This document shows, piece by piece, positions 44,312-53,988 of a DNA stretch of 64,000 nucleotides. The position numbers were made by a program, and so were the translations under genes. The notes below the pieces were generated by a model. The model saw only the letters and a list, made by a program, of their open reading frames with translations. It made no database searches and was not told where the DNA came from. Every line of letters begins with the position of its first letter. Position 1 is the first letter of the stretch. The stretch lies in NCBI RefSeq assembly GCF_003790525.1, contig NZ_CP033635.1; one strand, given 5' to 3'. Source of the DNA: Escherichia coli. GTDB taxonomy: Bacteria > Pseudomonadota > Gammaproteobacteria > Enterobacterales > Enterobacteriaceae.

Positions 44312-45231
44312 TACAGAGTTTCCTCAAAGAACGGAGCTAATACTGAAATTGCTTCAGCCACATAGACTTTGCCGTCATAAAGATCCATATGGTTTGCGCC
44401 TTCAACAATGTGATAGCGTTTATCCTTGCTTGATGCTCGATCGTACAGGTCGTCACTCATCCATTTGCTCCCAGCCTGGCTGCCCGCCACAATCTGTATC
44501 GGCTGAGTCAGGTACACTTCCGCCATATGGTAAGCATCATAGGTAATAATCTGGTTAAGGCTGCGCAAAGTAGCGTAACCCGGTGCTGTTGGATACTGCG
44601 CGCGAGGGGTGTGGTAATACTCCCAGGCCTGACGCAGTTCTTCGTTCGGCGCATCGGACTCCTTCATTGGTGCCAGTGGCATAGTGGCGTATTCTCCGCT
44701 GCTAATATCGCTGGTTCGGGCGTCTGAACCCGCGTCAACGTATGGTAGGGCATCAATAGATTTCACATTGTTTTCCCAACCATTACGGAACATCGAACCA
44801 ATATTGACCGCACTAACAGTACCGATGGCCTTGATGCGGCGATCCTGAATTGCAGCATTGGCTGTATATCCTGCTCCGGCACAAATTCCCATCGCACCAA
44901 TTCGGGTATTGTCGACATAAGAAAGCGTTGTCAGGTAATCAATCACGGCACTGACGTCTTCAGTACGAATGTATGGGTTTTCTAACTGACGCGGCTCGCC
45001 GCCGCTTTCACCTTGATAAGATGCGTCATAAGCAATAGTGACAAATCCCTTTTCCGCCAGTTTTTCGGCATAGGTTCCGGCCGTTTGCTCTTTAACGCCC
45101 CCACCTGGGTGAGATACCACAATTACCGGATACTGACGGGTTTCATCAAATTTTGGAGGGAAATAGATCACTGCAGACAAAGAGATGGTTGGATTATTGC
45201 TGTTAGTGAAGCTGACTTTATTATTCATCAT
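44311..45231 (-). CDS. ycjY: Alpha/beta-hydrolase YcjY
   Basis: Start set at MMNNKVSF (306 aa) with AGGAA upstream; nucleophile elbow GICAG. Confidence 0.82.
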   Translation of the reverse strand: MMNNKVSFTNSNNPTISLSAVIYFPPKFDETRQYPVIVVSHPGGGVKEQTAGTYAEKLAEKGFVTIAYDASYQGESGGEPRQLENPYIRTEDVSAVIDYLTTLSYVDNTRIGAMGICAGAGYTANAAIQDRRIKAIGTVSAVNIGSMFRNGWENNVKSIDALPYVDAGSDARTSDISSGEYATMPLAPMKESDAPNEELRQAWEYYHTPRAQYPTAPGYATLRSLNQIITYDAYHMAEVYLTQPIQIVAGSQAGSKWMSDDLYDRASSKDKRYHIVEGANHMDLYDGKVYVAEAISVLAPFFEETL

Positions 45232-45301
45232 TCCGTTCCTCATGGAGTTGTCGGTTCGTTTTAACGGTTGGTGATATCACTATAGATATTGATCATTAAG
45301 T

Positions 45302-45346
45302 TGATTAGACCCAAAATCATGATTAGACCTATCATTTAAATGATTA
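45302..45346. promoter_or_regulatory. Direct TGATTA(GACC) repeats in divergent ycjY-ycjZ promoter
   Basis: TGATTAGACC at 45302 and 45320, TGATTA at 45341 (18-21 bp spacing); typical position for a LysR-type operator. Confidence 0.35.
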
Positions 45347-45368
45347 ATAGATTGTATGGAGATACTGA

Positions 45369-46268
45369 ATGAAGCGTGAAGAAATCGCTGATCTGATGGC
45401 GTTTGTCGTTGTTGCAGAGGAGCGTAGCTTCACTCGCGCAGCAGCCCGCCTGAGCATGGCGCAGTCAGCTTTAAGCCAGATAGTGCGCCGTATAGAAGAA
45501 CGATTGGGATTGCGGCTTCTGACGCGAACCACGCGCAGCGTTGTACCCACTGAAGCGGGCGAGCATCTTTTGTCTGTTCTTGGCCCTATGTTGCATGACA
45601 TAGATTCTGCCCTGACATCCCTGAGCGATCTGCAGAACCGCCCATCCGGGACAATACGTATTACTACTGTAGAACATGCAGCAAAAACGATATTGTTACC
45701 AGCTATGCGCACATTCCTGAAATCGCATCCTGAAATTGATATTCAGCTTACCATTGATTATGGTTTGACCGATGTCGTTTCTGAACGTTTTGATGCAGGC
45801 GTCCGTCTGGGTGGGGAGATGGATAAAGATATGATCGCCATTCGAATCGGGCCAGACATACCAATGGCTATTGTTGGCTCACCGGATTATTTTTCTCGTC
45901 GAAGTGCTCCAACGTCAGTGTCACAATTAATAGATCATCAGGCAATTAATTTGTATCTTCCCACATCGGGTACAGCAAATCGCTGGAGATTAATACGCGG
46001 TGGACGTGAAGTTCGTGTTCGCATGGAAGGTCAGCTTTTACTGAATACGATAGACCTGATCATTGATGCTGCAATTGATGGGCATGGATTGGCGTATCTA
46101 CCTTATGATCAGGTTGAGCGGGCTATTAAAGAAAAAAAACTGATACGTGTTTTGGATAAATTCACACCAGATTTACCCGGTTATCACCTGTACTATCCAC
46201 ACCGTCGACATGCTGGCTCGGCATTCTCATTATTTATAGATAGGCTGAAGTATAAAGGTGCTGTTTAG
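45369..46268 (+). CDS. ycjZ: LysR-family regulator YcjZ
   Basis: 299-aa ORF with N-terminal LysR HTH (SFTRAAARLSMAQSALSQ). Confidence 0.88.
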   Translation: MKREEIADLMAFVVVAEERSFTRAAARLSMAQSALSQIVRRIEERLGLRLLTRTTRSVVPTEAGEHLLSVLGPMLHDIDSALTSLSDLQNRPSGTIRITTVEHAAKTILLPAMRTFLKSHPEIDIQLTIDYGLTDVVSERFDAGVRLGGEMDKDMIAIRIGPDIPMAIVGSPDYFSRRSAPTSVSQLIDHQAINLYLPTSGTANRWRLIRGGREVRVRMEGQLLLNTIDLIIDAAIDGHGLAYLPYDQVERAIKEKKLIRVLDKFTPDLPGYHLYYPHRRHAGSAFSLFIDRLKYKGAV

Positions 46269-46517
46269 CACTACTTGCTGATACATTAATTTAATTCTTC
46301 TCTTAACGTATTCTCAGTTCCTTTCAACGTTTTGGTTATTTTTTATTCTTCGCACAATGGCGACAGATGCTGATTATGATACCGAAAACGGGTTTGAACG
46401 TGCGAAGCCCGAACGTAGTGTTCGGAGTTCTATGTGCTTTACCGCATTTTGGAGACTATTATTTACACTAAATCTGATTTGATATATTGATACTTAAAAC
46501 ATTTGATGCTTCCTTTG

Positions 46518-46542
46518 TCACTTTTTTGATGGAAGTTGTTTG
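46518..46542. promoter_or_regulatory. 25-bp motif, copy 2, upstream of mppA
   Basis: TCACTTTTTTGATGGAAGTTGTTTG, 63-87 bp upstream of mppA ATG. Confidence 0.5.
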
Positions 46543-46604
46543 CATTTCTTTAAGGCGAAACAAATAATTACGCATCAATTTTAATGTCGGTTAGAGGGAA
46601 ACTT

Positions 46605-48218
46605 ATGAAGCACTCTGTTTCAGTCACGTGTTGTGTGCTGTTGGTCAGCAGCATTTCTCTTTCGTATGCTGCTGAAGTTCCGAGCGGCACAGTACTGGCA
46701 GAGAAGCAGGAGCTGGTGCGCCACATTAAAGATGAGCCAGCGTCGCTGGATCCCGCTAAAGCCGTGGGCCTGCCGGAGATTCAGGTCATTCGCGATCTGT
46801 TTGAAGGACTGGTGAATCAGAACGAGAAAGGGGAGATTGTCCCCGGCGTTGCGACTCAGTGGAAAAGTAATGACAGCCGTATCTGGACTTTTACCCTGCG
46901 CGATAACGCAAAATGGGCGGATGGCACACCGGTAACGGCGCAAGATTTTGTCTACAGCTGGCAACGTCTGGTGGACCCGAAAACGCTATCGCCATTTGCA
47001 TGGTTTGCCGCGCTGGCGGGAATCAACAACGCACAGGCGATTATTGATGGTAAAGCCACGCCTGACCAGCTTGGCGTCACCGCAGTTGATGCCCATACTT
47101 TGAAAATCCAGCTTGATAAACCATTGCCGTGGTTTGTGAATTTAACCGCTAACTTTGCCTTCTTCCCGGTGCAAAAAGCCAACGTAGAAAGCAGTAAAGA
47201 GTGGACGAAACCCGGAAATCTGATCGGCAATGGCGCTTATGTTCTTAAAGAGCGCGTAGTCAATGAAAAACTGGTCGTAGTGCCGAATACCCATTATTGG
47301 GATAACGCCAAAACGGTACTGCAAAAAGTGACCTTCCTGCCAATTAATCAGGAATCCGCAGCCACTAAGCGTTATCTCGCGGGGGATATTGATATCACCG
47401 AATCCTTCCCGAAAAATATGTATCAGAAGTTGTTGAAGGATATTCCGGGGCAGGTTTATACGCCGCCGCAGCTCGGGACCTATTATTATGCGTTTAACAC
47501 GCAAAAAGGGCCGACGGCAGATCAGCGCGTTCGCCTGGCATTAAGTATGACGATAGATCGCCGCCTGATGACCGAAAAAGTGTTGGGGACGGGCGAAAAG
47601 CCAGCGTGGCATTTTACACCAGATGTTACCGCGGGATTTACGCCGGAACCTTCGCCGTTTGAACAAATGAGTCAGGAAGAACTGAATGCGCAGGCAAAAA
47701 CTTTGTTGAGCGCAGCTGGTTATGGTCCGCAAAAACCGCTGAAGTTGACGCTTTTGTATAACACTTCAGAAAACCATCAAAAAATTGCGATTGCTGTAGC
47801 ATCGATGTGGAAAAAGAACCTGGGCGTAGATGTTAAATTGCAAAACCAGGAATGGAAAACCTATATCGATAGCCGTAATACCGGCAATTTTGATGTTATC
47901 CGCGCCTCGTGGGTAGGGGATTATAATGACCCCTCCACTTTCCTGACATTATTAACGTCAACGCATTCCGGGAATATTTCACGCTTTAACAATCCGGCAT
48001 ATGACAAAGTTCTGGCCCAGGCATCGACGGAAAATACCGTTAAAGCGCGTAATGCCGATTACAACGCGGCAGAAAAAATCCTCATGGAGCAAGCACCGAT
48101 TGCACCAATTTATCAATATACCAATGGACGATTAATCAAGCCGTGGCTGAAAGGTTATCCCATTAATAACCCTGAAGATGTGGCGTACAGTCGGACTATG
48201 TATATTGTGAAGCATTGA
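46605..48218 (+). CDS. mppA: Periplasmic murein tripeptide-binding protein MppA
   Basis: Start set at MKHSVSVT (537 aa) with GAGGGAA RBS; signal peptide; OppA-like. Confidence 0.9.
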   Translation: MKHSVSVTCCVLLVSSISLSYAAEVPSGTVLAEKQELVRHIKDEPASLDPAKAVGLPEIQVIRDLFEGLVNQNEKGEIVPGVATQWKSNDSRIWTFTLRDNAKWADGTPVTAQDFVYSWQRLVDPKTLSPFAWFAALAGINNAQAIIDGKATPDQLGVTAVDAHTLKIQLDKPLPWFVNLTANFAFFPVQKANVESSKEWTKPGNLIGNGAYVLKERVVNEKLVVVPNTHYWDNAKTVLQKVTFLPINQESAATKRYLAGDIDITESFPKNMYQKLLKDIPGQVYTPPQLGTYYYAFNTQKGPTADQRVRLALSMTIDRRLMTEKVLGTGEKPAWHFTPDVTAGFTPEPSPFEQMSQEELNAQAKTLLSAAGYGPQKPLKLTLLYNTSENHQKIAIAVASMWKKNLGVDVKLQNQEWKTYIDSRNTGNFDVIRASWVGDYNDPSTFLTLLTSTHSGNISRFNNPAYDKVLAQASTENTVKARNADYNAAEKILMEQAPIAPIYQYTNGRLIKPWLKGYPINNPEDVAYSRTMYIVKH

Positions 48219-48230
48219 TGTGATGGGAAC

Positions 48231-48258
48231 TGGCGTTACCCTTGTGGATAACGCCAGT
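48231..48258. terminator. Hairpin between convergent mppA and ynaI
   Basis: CTGGCGTTA ... TAACGCCAG inverted repeat. Confidence 0.5.
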
Positions 48259-48268
48259 GATGTCTGAT

Positions 48269-49300
48269 TTAGCGACCCTGGTCCGGCGGTGTAATGTTAT
48301 CCATATACAGCGTCTGGCTGGGGAAGGCAAAGTCCGCACCGTGTGACTGTACAATATCGATAATCTTCAAATAAACGTCTTGCTGTGCAGCAAGCCACTC
48401 AGCCCATACCGTGGTTTTGGTAAAGCAATAAACCATAATATTTAATGACGAATCAGCAAACTGGTTGAAATAAACCAGTAAGGTTTGTCGCTGGTCGATG
48501 GCCGGGTGATTTTTCAGCATCTCACGTACGGCTTCGACAATAACGCCCACTTTTGCCGCATCCTCATAACGTAAACCAATGGTCGTGGTAATGCGCCGGT
48601 TGGTCATTCGTCCAGGATTTTCTACGCTGATCGACGAAAACAGCGAGTTCGGTACGTACAATGGACGATTATCAAAGGTCTTAATTTTGGTAATTCGCCA
48701 GCCAATTTCCGCTACTGTACCTTCGATATTTCTGTCCGGTGAACGGATCCAGTCGCCAATACTGAAAGGACGGTCGAAATAGAGCATAATCCCGGAAAAG
48801 AAGTTACTCAGAATATCTTTACCGGCCATACCGACAGCCAGACCACCAATACCACCAAAGGTCAACAAGCCAGAAAGGCTCATGCCGAAATGTTCGCCAT
48901 AAAGCAGAACAAGCACCACAATAATGGTGATTTTGATAATGCGCGACATGATCCGCGCACTGGTGATATCGCGACCTTTTTTAATCTGCTGTTTTTCAAA
49001 CTGATTAATCAGCAGAAATAGCTTAATCGTCAGAATAACCGCAATCAGGGACGTACAGATAAAATCGATAACGCCTGGGGTGATAAATTTGAGTTTATAG
49101 TTTTCTATAACATAGTTAATGATGCTACCAACAGCACTAATAATTATGGTGTAGATTAAAAATTGCACCGCATGGAATAAAAATCCTTTTCTTTTACGAT
49201 TTCCACGGCGAAACCAAAAGCTCATCAGAATCAATGCTGCGCAGCTACCGAAAATAATGACCAGATTAAGCGCATTATTTGTAAACAGTTCAGCGATCAT
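48269..49300 (-). CDS. ynaI: Small-conductance mechanosensitive channel YnaI (MscS family)
   Basis: 343-aa ORF with N-terminal TM helices and MscS-like C-terminal domain. Confidence 0.9.
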   Translation of the reverse strand: MIAELFTNNALNLVIIFGSCAALILMSFWFRRGNRKRKGFLFHAVQFLIYTIIISAVGSIINYVIENYKLKFITPGVIDFICTSLIAVILTIKLFLLINQFEKQQIKKGRDITSARIMSRIIKITIIVVLVLLYGEHFGMSLSGLLTFGGIGGLAVGMAGKDILSNFFSGIMLYFDRPFSIGDWIRSPDRNIEGTVAEIGWRITKIKTFDNRPLYVPNSLFSSISVENPGRMTNRRITTTIGLRYEDAAKVGVIVEAVREMLKNHPAIDQRQTLLVYFNQFADSSLNIMVYCFTKTTVWAEWLAAQQDVYLKIIDIVQSHGADFAFPSQTLYMDNITPPDQGR

Positions 49301-49423
49301 TGTTTTATCAGGCTCCTCCAGATAATTGTCGTCATGCCGGAAACCCCTGGCGGGGCTATTTTACCGCGACAATTCATTCAGATCATCAATAGTCAGGGAA
49401 GTAAGTAGCAACATTAGCTAACA

Positions 49424-49439
49424 AATCAATGCATTGATT
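49424..49439. promoter_or_regulatory. Perfect 16-bp palindrome in divergent ynaI-ynaJ region
   Basis: AATCAATGCATTGATT; about 105 bp upstream of ynaJ, about 125 bp upstream of ynaI. Confidence 0.4.
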
Positions 49440-49543
49440 GTAAATCCAGCTAAGAGGTGAGGTTTTCAGAGCAGACAAGAGTGAAATGTCATGGTATTGT
49501 TACGTTTAGGTAACAAGAAATTTGTCTGCACAAGGATTACATC

Positions 49544-49801
49544 ATGATTATGGCGAAACTGAAGTCAGCGAAAGGGAAGAAATTTCTCTTTGGTTTGTTG
49601 GCGGTTTTCATTATTGCGGCGTCGGTTGTGACTCGCGCGACCATCGGCGGCGTTATAGAACAGTACAATATTCCGCTGTCTGAGTGGACGACATCAATGT
49701 ATGTGATTCAGTCATCGATGATTTTTGTTTATAGCCTGGTCTTTACTGTGTTGCTGGCAATCCCGTTGGGAATTTATTTCCTTGGCGGCGAAGAGCAGTA
49801 A
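49544..49801 (+). CDS. ynaJ: Small inner-membrane protein YnaJ
   Basis: 85-aa ORF with two predicted TM helices. Confidence 0.8.
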   Translation: MIMAKLKSAKGKKFLFGLLAVFIIAASVVTRATIGGVIEQYNIPLSEWTTSMYVIQSSMIFVYSLVFTVLLAIPLGIYFLGGEEQ

Positions 49802-49804
49802 GTA

Positions 49805-49840
49805 AAAAATAGGCCCGATAACTCGGGCCTTGTCAGTTAT
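49805..49840. terminator. Bidirectional terminator between ynaJ and uspE
   Basis: AGGCCCGA-taac-TCGGGCCT hairpin flanked by A-run on one side and T-rich on the other. Confidence 0.65.
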
Positions 49841-49850
49841 TGAAGAGTCG

Positions 49851-50801
49851 TTAATCGTCTTCTTCGTCATCCAGTTCAACGGGTGTCTGATACTGGTCAG
49901 GTTTAATGACCAGCAGGTCGCAGCGAAGATGATCAATCACCTGTTCCGCCGTGTTGCCAAGGAATGCTGCTGAAATACCGGTGCGTCCGACCGTGCCCAG
50001 AACCACAATCCCCGCCTGTAAATGCTCCGCCAAATCAGGAATCACCTCTTCTGGCAGACCTTTTTCTACGTGCGTCATGTTTTCATTAATGCCGAATTTC
50101 TGCCGCAGGGCTTTCATTGCCAGCAAATGTTGCCCACGAATGGCATCGTTATAAACGCTCGGATCAAATTCCGGCAGTTCAATCGCGATATTAATTGGCG
50201 TTACCGGATAAGCGCCAACCAGATGAACTTCGGTATGGTTGACTTGTTCCGCCAGTTCGATCGTCTCTTTGACCAGTTTTTCATTGAGCGCATTATGGTA
50301 CGGTTCTTCACTGGCGAGATTCACCGCCACCAGCGCCTTACCCCCTTCCGGCCACGGCTGGTCTTTCACCATCCACACGGGGCTTGGGCATTTGCGTAAC
50401 AGATGCCAGTCCGTTGGCGTAAAAATCACCGCTTCCAGACGGTCATGTTGGTGCGCCATTTTTAGCACCAAATCGTGCCCGCCGCTGATCACTTCCTGAA
50501 TGATGGCTTCGAAAGGACGGTTATGCCAGACCACTTTAATTTCAATGGGAACGCCAGCATTGAGATAATATTTTGCCTGCTCGTGGATCCAGGCTGTACG
50601 CTGGCTGATGACGCCCTGACGCATAGCGGTACGTTCGTCCGGAGAGAGCAGGGTGGTCATTTCGTATGAGAAGTCATAGATCGGCAAAAAGGCTTTAATT
50701 TTGCCACCAATCCGTTGATGTAAATAAACAGCTCGCCGCAATGCTGGTTGGTCGTCCTGGTTAGGATCGATAACAACGAGCATGTTCTGATACATAGCCA
50801 T
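49851..50801 (-). CDS. uspE: Universal stress protein E (tandem Usp)
   Basis: Start set at [10 protein letters not shown] (316 aa). Confidence 0.9.
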   Translation of the reverse strand: MAMYQNMLVVIDPNQDDQPALRRAVYLHQRIGGKIKAFLPIYDFSYEMTTLLSPDERTAMRQGVISQRTAWIHEQAKYYLNAGVPIEIKVVWHNRPFEAIIQEVISGGHDLVLKMAHQHDRLEAVIFTPTDWHLLRKCPSPVWMVKDQPWPEGGKALVAVNLASEEPYHNALNEKLVKETIELAEQVNHTEVHLVGAYPVTPINIAIELPEFDPSVYNDAIRGQHLLAMKALRQKFGINENMTHVEKGLPEEVIPDLAEHLQAGIVVLGTVGRTGISAAFLGNTAEQVIDHLRCDLLVIKPDQYQTPVELDDEEDD

Positions 50802-50952
50802 ACAGGGTCTCCTTACAACAACTGTCAACGCAGTTTGTAATTAAAAGATTAACCCATATCTGGTGAATGAAACAGTGATGAACCTTCTGTCAGATCAATA
50901 AATCAGAAAAATTTAATGATATGACAGAAGGATAGTGAGTTATGCGGAAGAA

Positions 50953-51705
50953 TCAGGCAACGTTACGCGTGTGACCAGCAAGCTGGGCCAGCGCATCGTT
51001 ATTTTCGATGGTGATGTATTTACCTTTGACTGCCAGCATACCGCTTTTCTGGAAGCGGCCCAGCAGACGGCTGATGGTTTCAACCGTCAGGCCCAGATAG
51101 TTACCGATATCACCACGAGTCATCGTCAGGCGGAATTCACGAGGGGAGAAGCCGCGTTGGGCAAAACGACGGGACAGGTTGTAGATGAATGCAGCCAGAC
51201 GTTCCTCGGCATTTTTCTTCGACAACAGCAGGATCATGTCCTGATCGCCTTTGATTTCACCGCTCATCAGACGCATCATCTGCTGACGCAGATTCGGCAT
51301 TTTACCGGACAAATCGTCCAGCGTTTCGAACGGGATTTCACATACCATCGAGGTTTCCAGCGCCTGAGCGAAGCTCGGGTGATGACCGCTGCCGATAGCG
51401 TCAAATCCCACCAGGTCGCCTGCTAAATGGAAACCAGTGATTTGCTCGTCGCCTTGCTCAGTGATGGTATAACTTTTAATCGTACCGGAGCGGATGGCAT
51501 AAAGCGATTTAAGTTCATCACCAGCCTTAAACAGCGTCTGGCCTTTCTGAATAGGCTTCTTCCGCTCAATGATATTATCAAGCTGATCAAGCTCATGTTC
51601 GTTGAGTGTGAACGGGATGCAAAGCTGGCTGATGCTGCAATCCTGGCAATGGATAGCACAACCGCCAGACTGAATGCGCCGTATAATTCGCTTTTCCGGG
51701 ATCAT
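50953..51705 (-). CDS. fnr: Fumarate/nitrate reduction regulator FNR
   Basis: Start set at [10 protein letters not shown] (250 aa); N-terminal Cys cluster for [4Fe-4S], CRP-family HTH. Confidence 0.95.
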
Positions 51706-51724
51706 AGGTCTGCTCAAGCCGTAA

Positions 51725-51738
51725 TTGATATTTGTCAA
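51725..51738. promoter_or_regulatory. FNR box at fnr promoter (autoregulation)
   Basis: TTGAT-ATTT-GTCAA matches TTGAT-N4-ATCAA, 20-33 bp upstream of fnr ATG. Confidence 0.6.
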
Positions 51739-51899
51739 TTTTAACATCTTTTTAGGGAGCAAGTAAGTCTAAGCAAACCTTAACAGCAGAGAATTCCGAT
51801 ATTAGATGTAAATATATGTCTATCTATTTGAAAACCCTTAAGTTGTTAAGGGTAACTTTACATAAAAGTGTGAACAAGCTGGCACAAATTGTTTAATGT

Positions 51900-52415
51900 T
51901 TACAGCAAAAGATAACCTTCGTGGCGCAATAACCACTCTTTTCGCTGAACTCCGCCTGCATATCCGGTCATGGTACCGTTTCTGCCAATGACCCGATGAC
52001 AAGGCACAACAATGCTGATGGGATTCGATCCATTTGCCGCACCTACGGCACGCGCCGCACCGGGGCGGCCCAATTGTTCAGCCAGTTGGCCGTAATGCAT
52101 TACCTGCCCGCAGGGGATTGTGCGTAATGTTTTCCAGACTTCGCGCTGAAATGGCGTCCCCCCCGTGGCAGTGGGAAGCGTATCAATAATGCTAAGATTA
52201 CCGGCAAAATATTCACGAAGCTTGTCGCTTAAACCACCTGGGTTGGTGGCAGAAATGCGCTCATAGCCTTCTTTGCGATAATGGATGTCCAGCAGCTGCA
52301 CCATGCGTTCGCTGTACTCTTCCCATTCAACCGCCCGCAGGCGAAATTGCTCATCGCAAATCACCCACAGTGGACCCAGTGGCGTGACAATTTTTTCTTC
52401 AAGTAATCTCAGCAT
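51900..52415 (-). CDS. ogt: O6-alkylguanine-DNA alkyltransferase Ogt
   Basis: 171-aa ORF with active-site PCHRV motif. Confidence 0.92.
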   Translation of the reverse strand: MLRLLEEKIVTPLGPLWVICDEQFRLRAVEWEEYSERMVQLLDIHYRKEGYERISATNPGGLSDKLREYFAGNLSIIDTLPTATGGTPFQREVWKTLRTIPCGQVMHYGQLAEQLGRPGAARAVGAANGSNPISIVVPCHRVIGRNGTMTGYAGGVQRKEWLLRHEGYLLL

Positions 52416-52425
52416 CCGTTCTCTC

Positions 52426-53952
52426 TTAAGACAAACGTGGGTAAATCCCCGGACCTATCGGCAGACCAACAAGATACCACGCCAGCAACATCAGCAGCCA
52501 TACCACCAAAAAGATAAGTGGATAGGGCAAAACTAACGAATAGTAAGTACCCAGTTTCGCGTCTGGTTTGTAGCGTTGCAGGAATCCAAGAAACAGTGGA
52601 ACAAAAGGAGATACTGGCGCTAAAGGCAATACGGATGAGTCGGCAATACGAAAGAGGATTTGCGCAAATGCCGGGTGAAAGCCAAGTAGCATAAACATCG
52701 GTACGAAAATGGGGGCCAGAATCGACCAGATTGCGGAACCGCTGGCGATAAACATGCATAAGAAAGAGGAAAGCAACGCCAGACCGACAAACGCCGGGAT
52801 GCCGCTAAGCCCTGAACTTTCCAGTATATCGGTCAGCCCCACGGCGATGAATTTCCCCATGTTGCTCCAGTTAAACATGGCGACAAACTGGGCGAGGGGA
52901 AAAACCATCACGATAAATCCCGCCATCTCTTTCATCGGTTCAATCATTAAATGCGGTAAATCCGCCTGACGTCGAATTGTGCGGGTAGCGATGCCATAAG
53001 CCAGCGAGACCACAAAGAAAAAAAGAATGATCAGTGGCACGATACCTTTAATAAAGGGTGATGGCATCACGGTGTGATTAATCGGATCGCGCAATATCCC
53101 GTTTTCCGGGATCACCATCAGCGCAATCGCAGCAATAAAAAGTAGCGATACGACACCTGCTATGCGTAAACCAAAACGCTGACTTTCGGTCAATGTCTGC
53201 AGTTTCTCATCGCTGTTTCCCTGCCATTGACCTAAACGTGGCTCAATGATTTTGTCGGTTATCAGGCCGCCAACAATCGTCAGTACGACTACGGAGCTGG
53301 CCATAAAATACCAGTTATCAATTACACTGACGTGCATTTGCGGATTGAACGCAGCCGCAGCCTCCGTGCTGATCCCCGACAGCAACACGTCGGTTGTGAC
53401 AATCAGTAAATTAGCCGTAAAGCCGCAACCTACGCCTGCAATGGCAGCCAGTAAACCTGCAACTGGATGCCTGCCCACCGCCAGAAAAATTAGCGCACCC
53501 ATCGGTGGCATGATCACTAACGCCGCATCGGAAGAAATGTGGCTGAAAAAAGCAATAAACAGCACCATATAACTGGCGTAGCGGGCATTAACATGCGATG
53601 CCATTTTAACCATTAGCGCTGGCAGTAAGCCTACGCGCTCCGCCAGACCGGCACCTAAAACCAGCGCCAGGATCGCACCAAGTGGAGCAAAACCGCTAAA
53701 GTTTTTAATAACATTGGGTAAAAACCAGTGTAATCCTTCCACACTGAGCAGGTTTTTCACCACCACCGGCGTACCATCGGCCGGGTTTTTCGCACTGACG
53801 CCAAAGGCTGACAAAATTGCCGTCGTCACCATGAGTACGATAATCAAATAGATAAAGAGCAAAAAAGGATGGGGAACCTTGTTACCAATTCTTTCGACCC
53901 AGCCATAGAGCTTCCCGGATTGGGAGGACGACGGTATGGATGACATACTCAT
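52426..53952 (-). CDS. abgT: p-Aminobenzoyl-glutamate transporter AbgT
   Basis: Start set at MSMSSIPSS (508 aa); polytopic membrane ORF. Confidence 0.88.
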   Translation of the reverse strand: MSMSSIPSSSQSGKLYGWVERIGNKVPHPFLLFIYLIIVLMVTTAILSAFGVSAKNPADGTPVVVKNLLSVEGLHWFLPNVIKNFSGFAPLGAILALVLGAGLAERVGLLPALMVKMASHVNARYASYMVLFIAFFSHISSDAALVIMPPMGALIFLAVGRHPVAGLLAAIAGVGCGFTANLLIVTTDVLLSGISTEAAAAFNPQMHVSVIDNWYFMASSVVVLTIVGGLITDKIIEPRLGQWQGNSDEKLQTLTESQRFGLRIAGVVSLLFIAAIALMVIPENGILRDPINHTVMPSPFIKGIVPLIILFFFVVSLAYGIATRTIRRQADLPHLMIEPMKEMAGFIVMVFPLAQFVAMFNWSNMGKFIAVGLTDILESSGLSGIPAFVGLALLSSFLCMFIASGSAIWSILAPIFVPMFMLLGFHPAFAQILFRIADSSVLPLAPVSPFVPLFLGFLQRYKPDAKLGTYYSLVLPYPLIFLVVWLLMLLAWYLVGLPIGPGIYPRLS

Positions 53953-53988
53953 GGGCATTCCTCGTTTGTTGTGTTTGCGTTGTTGTTG

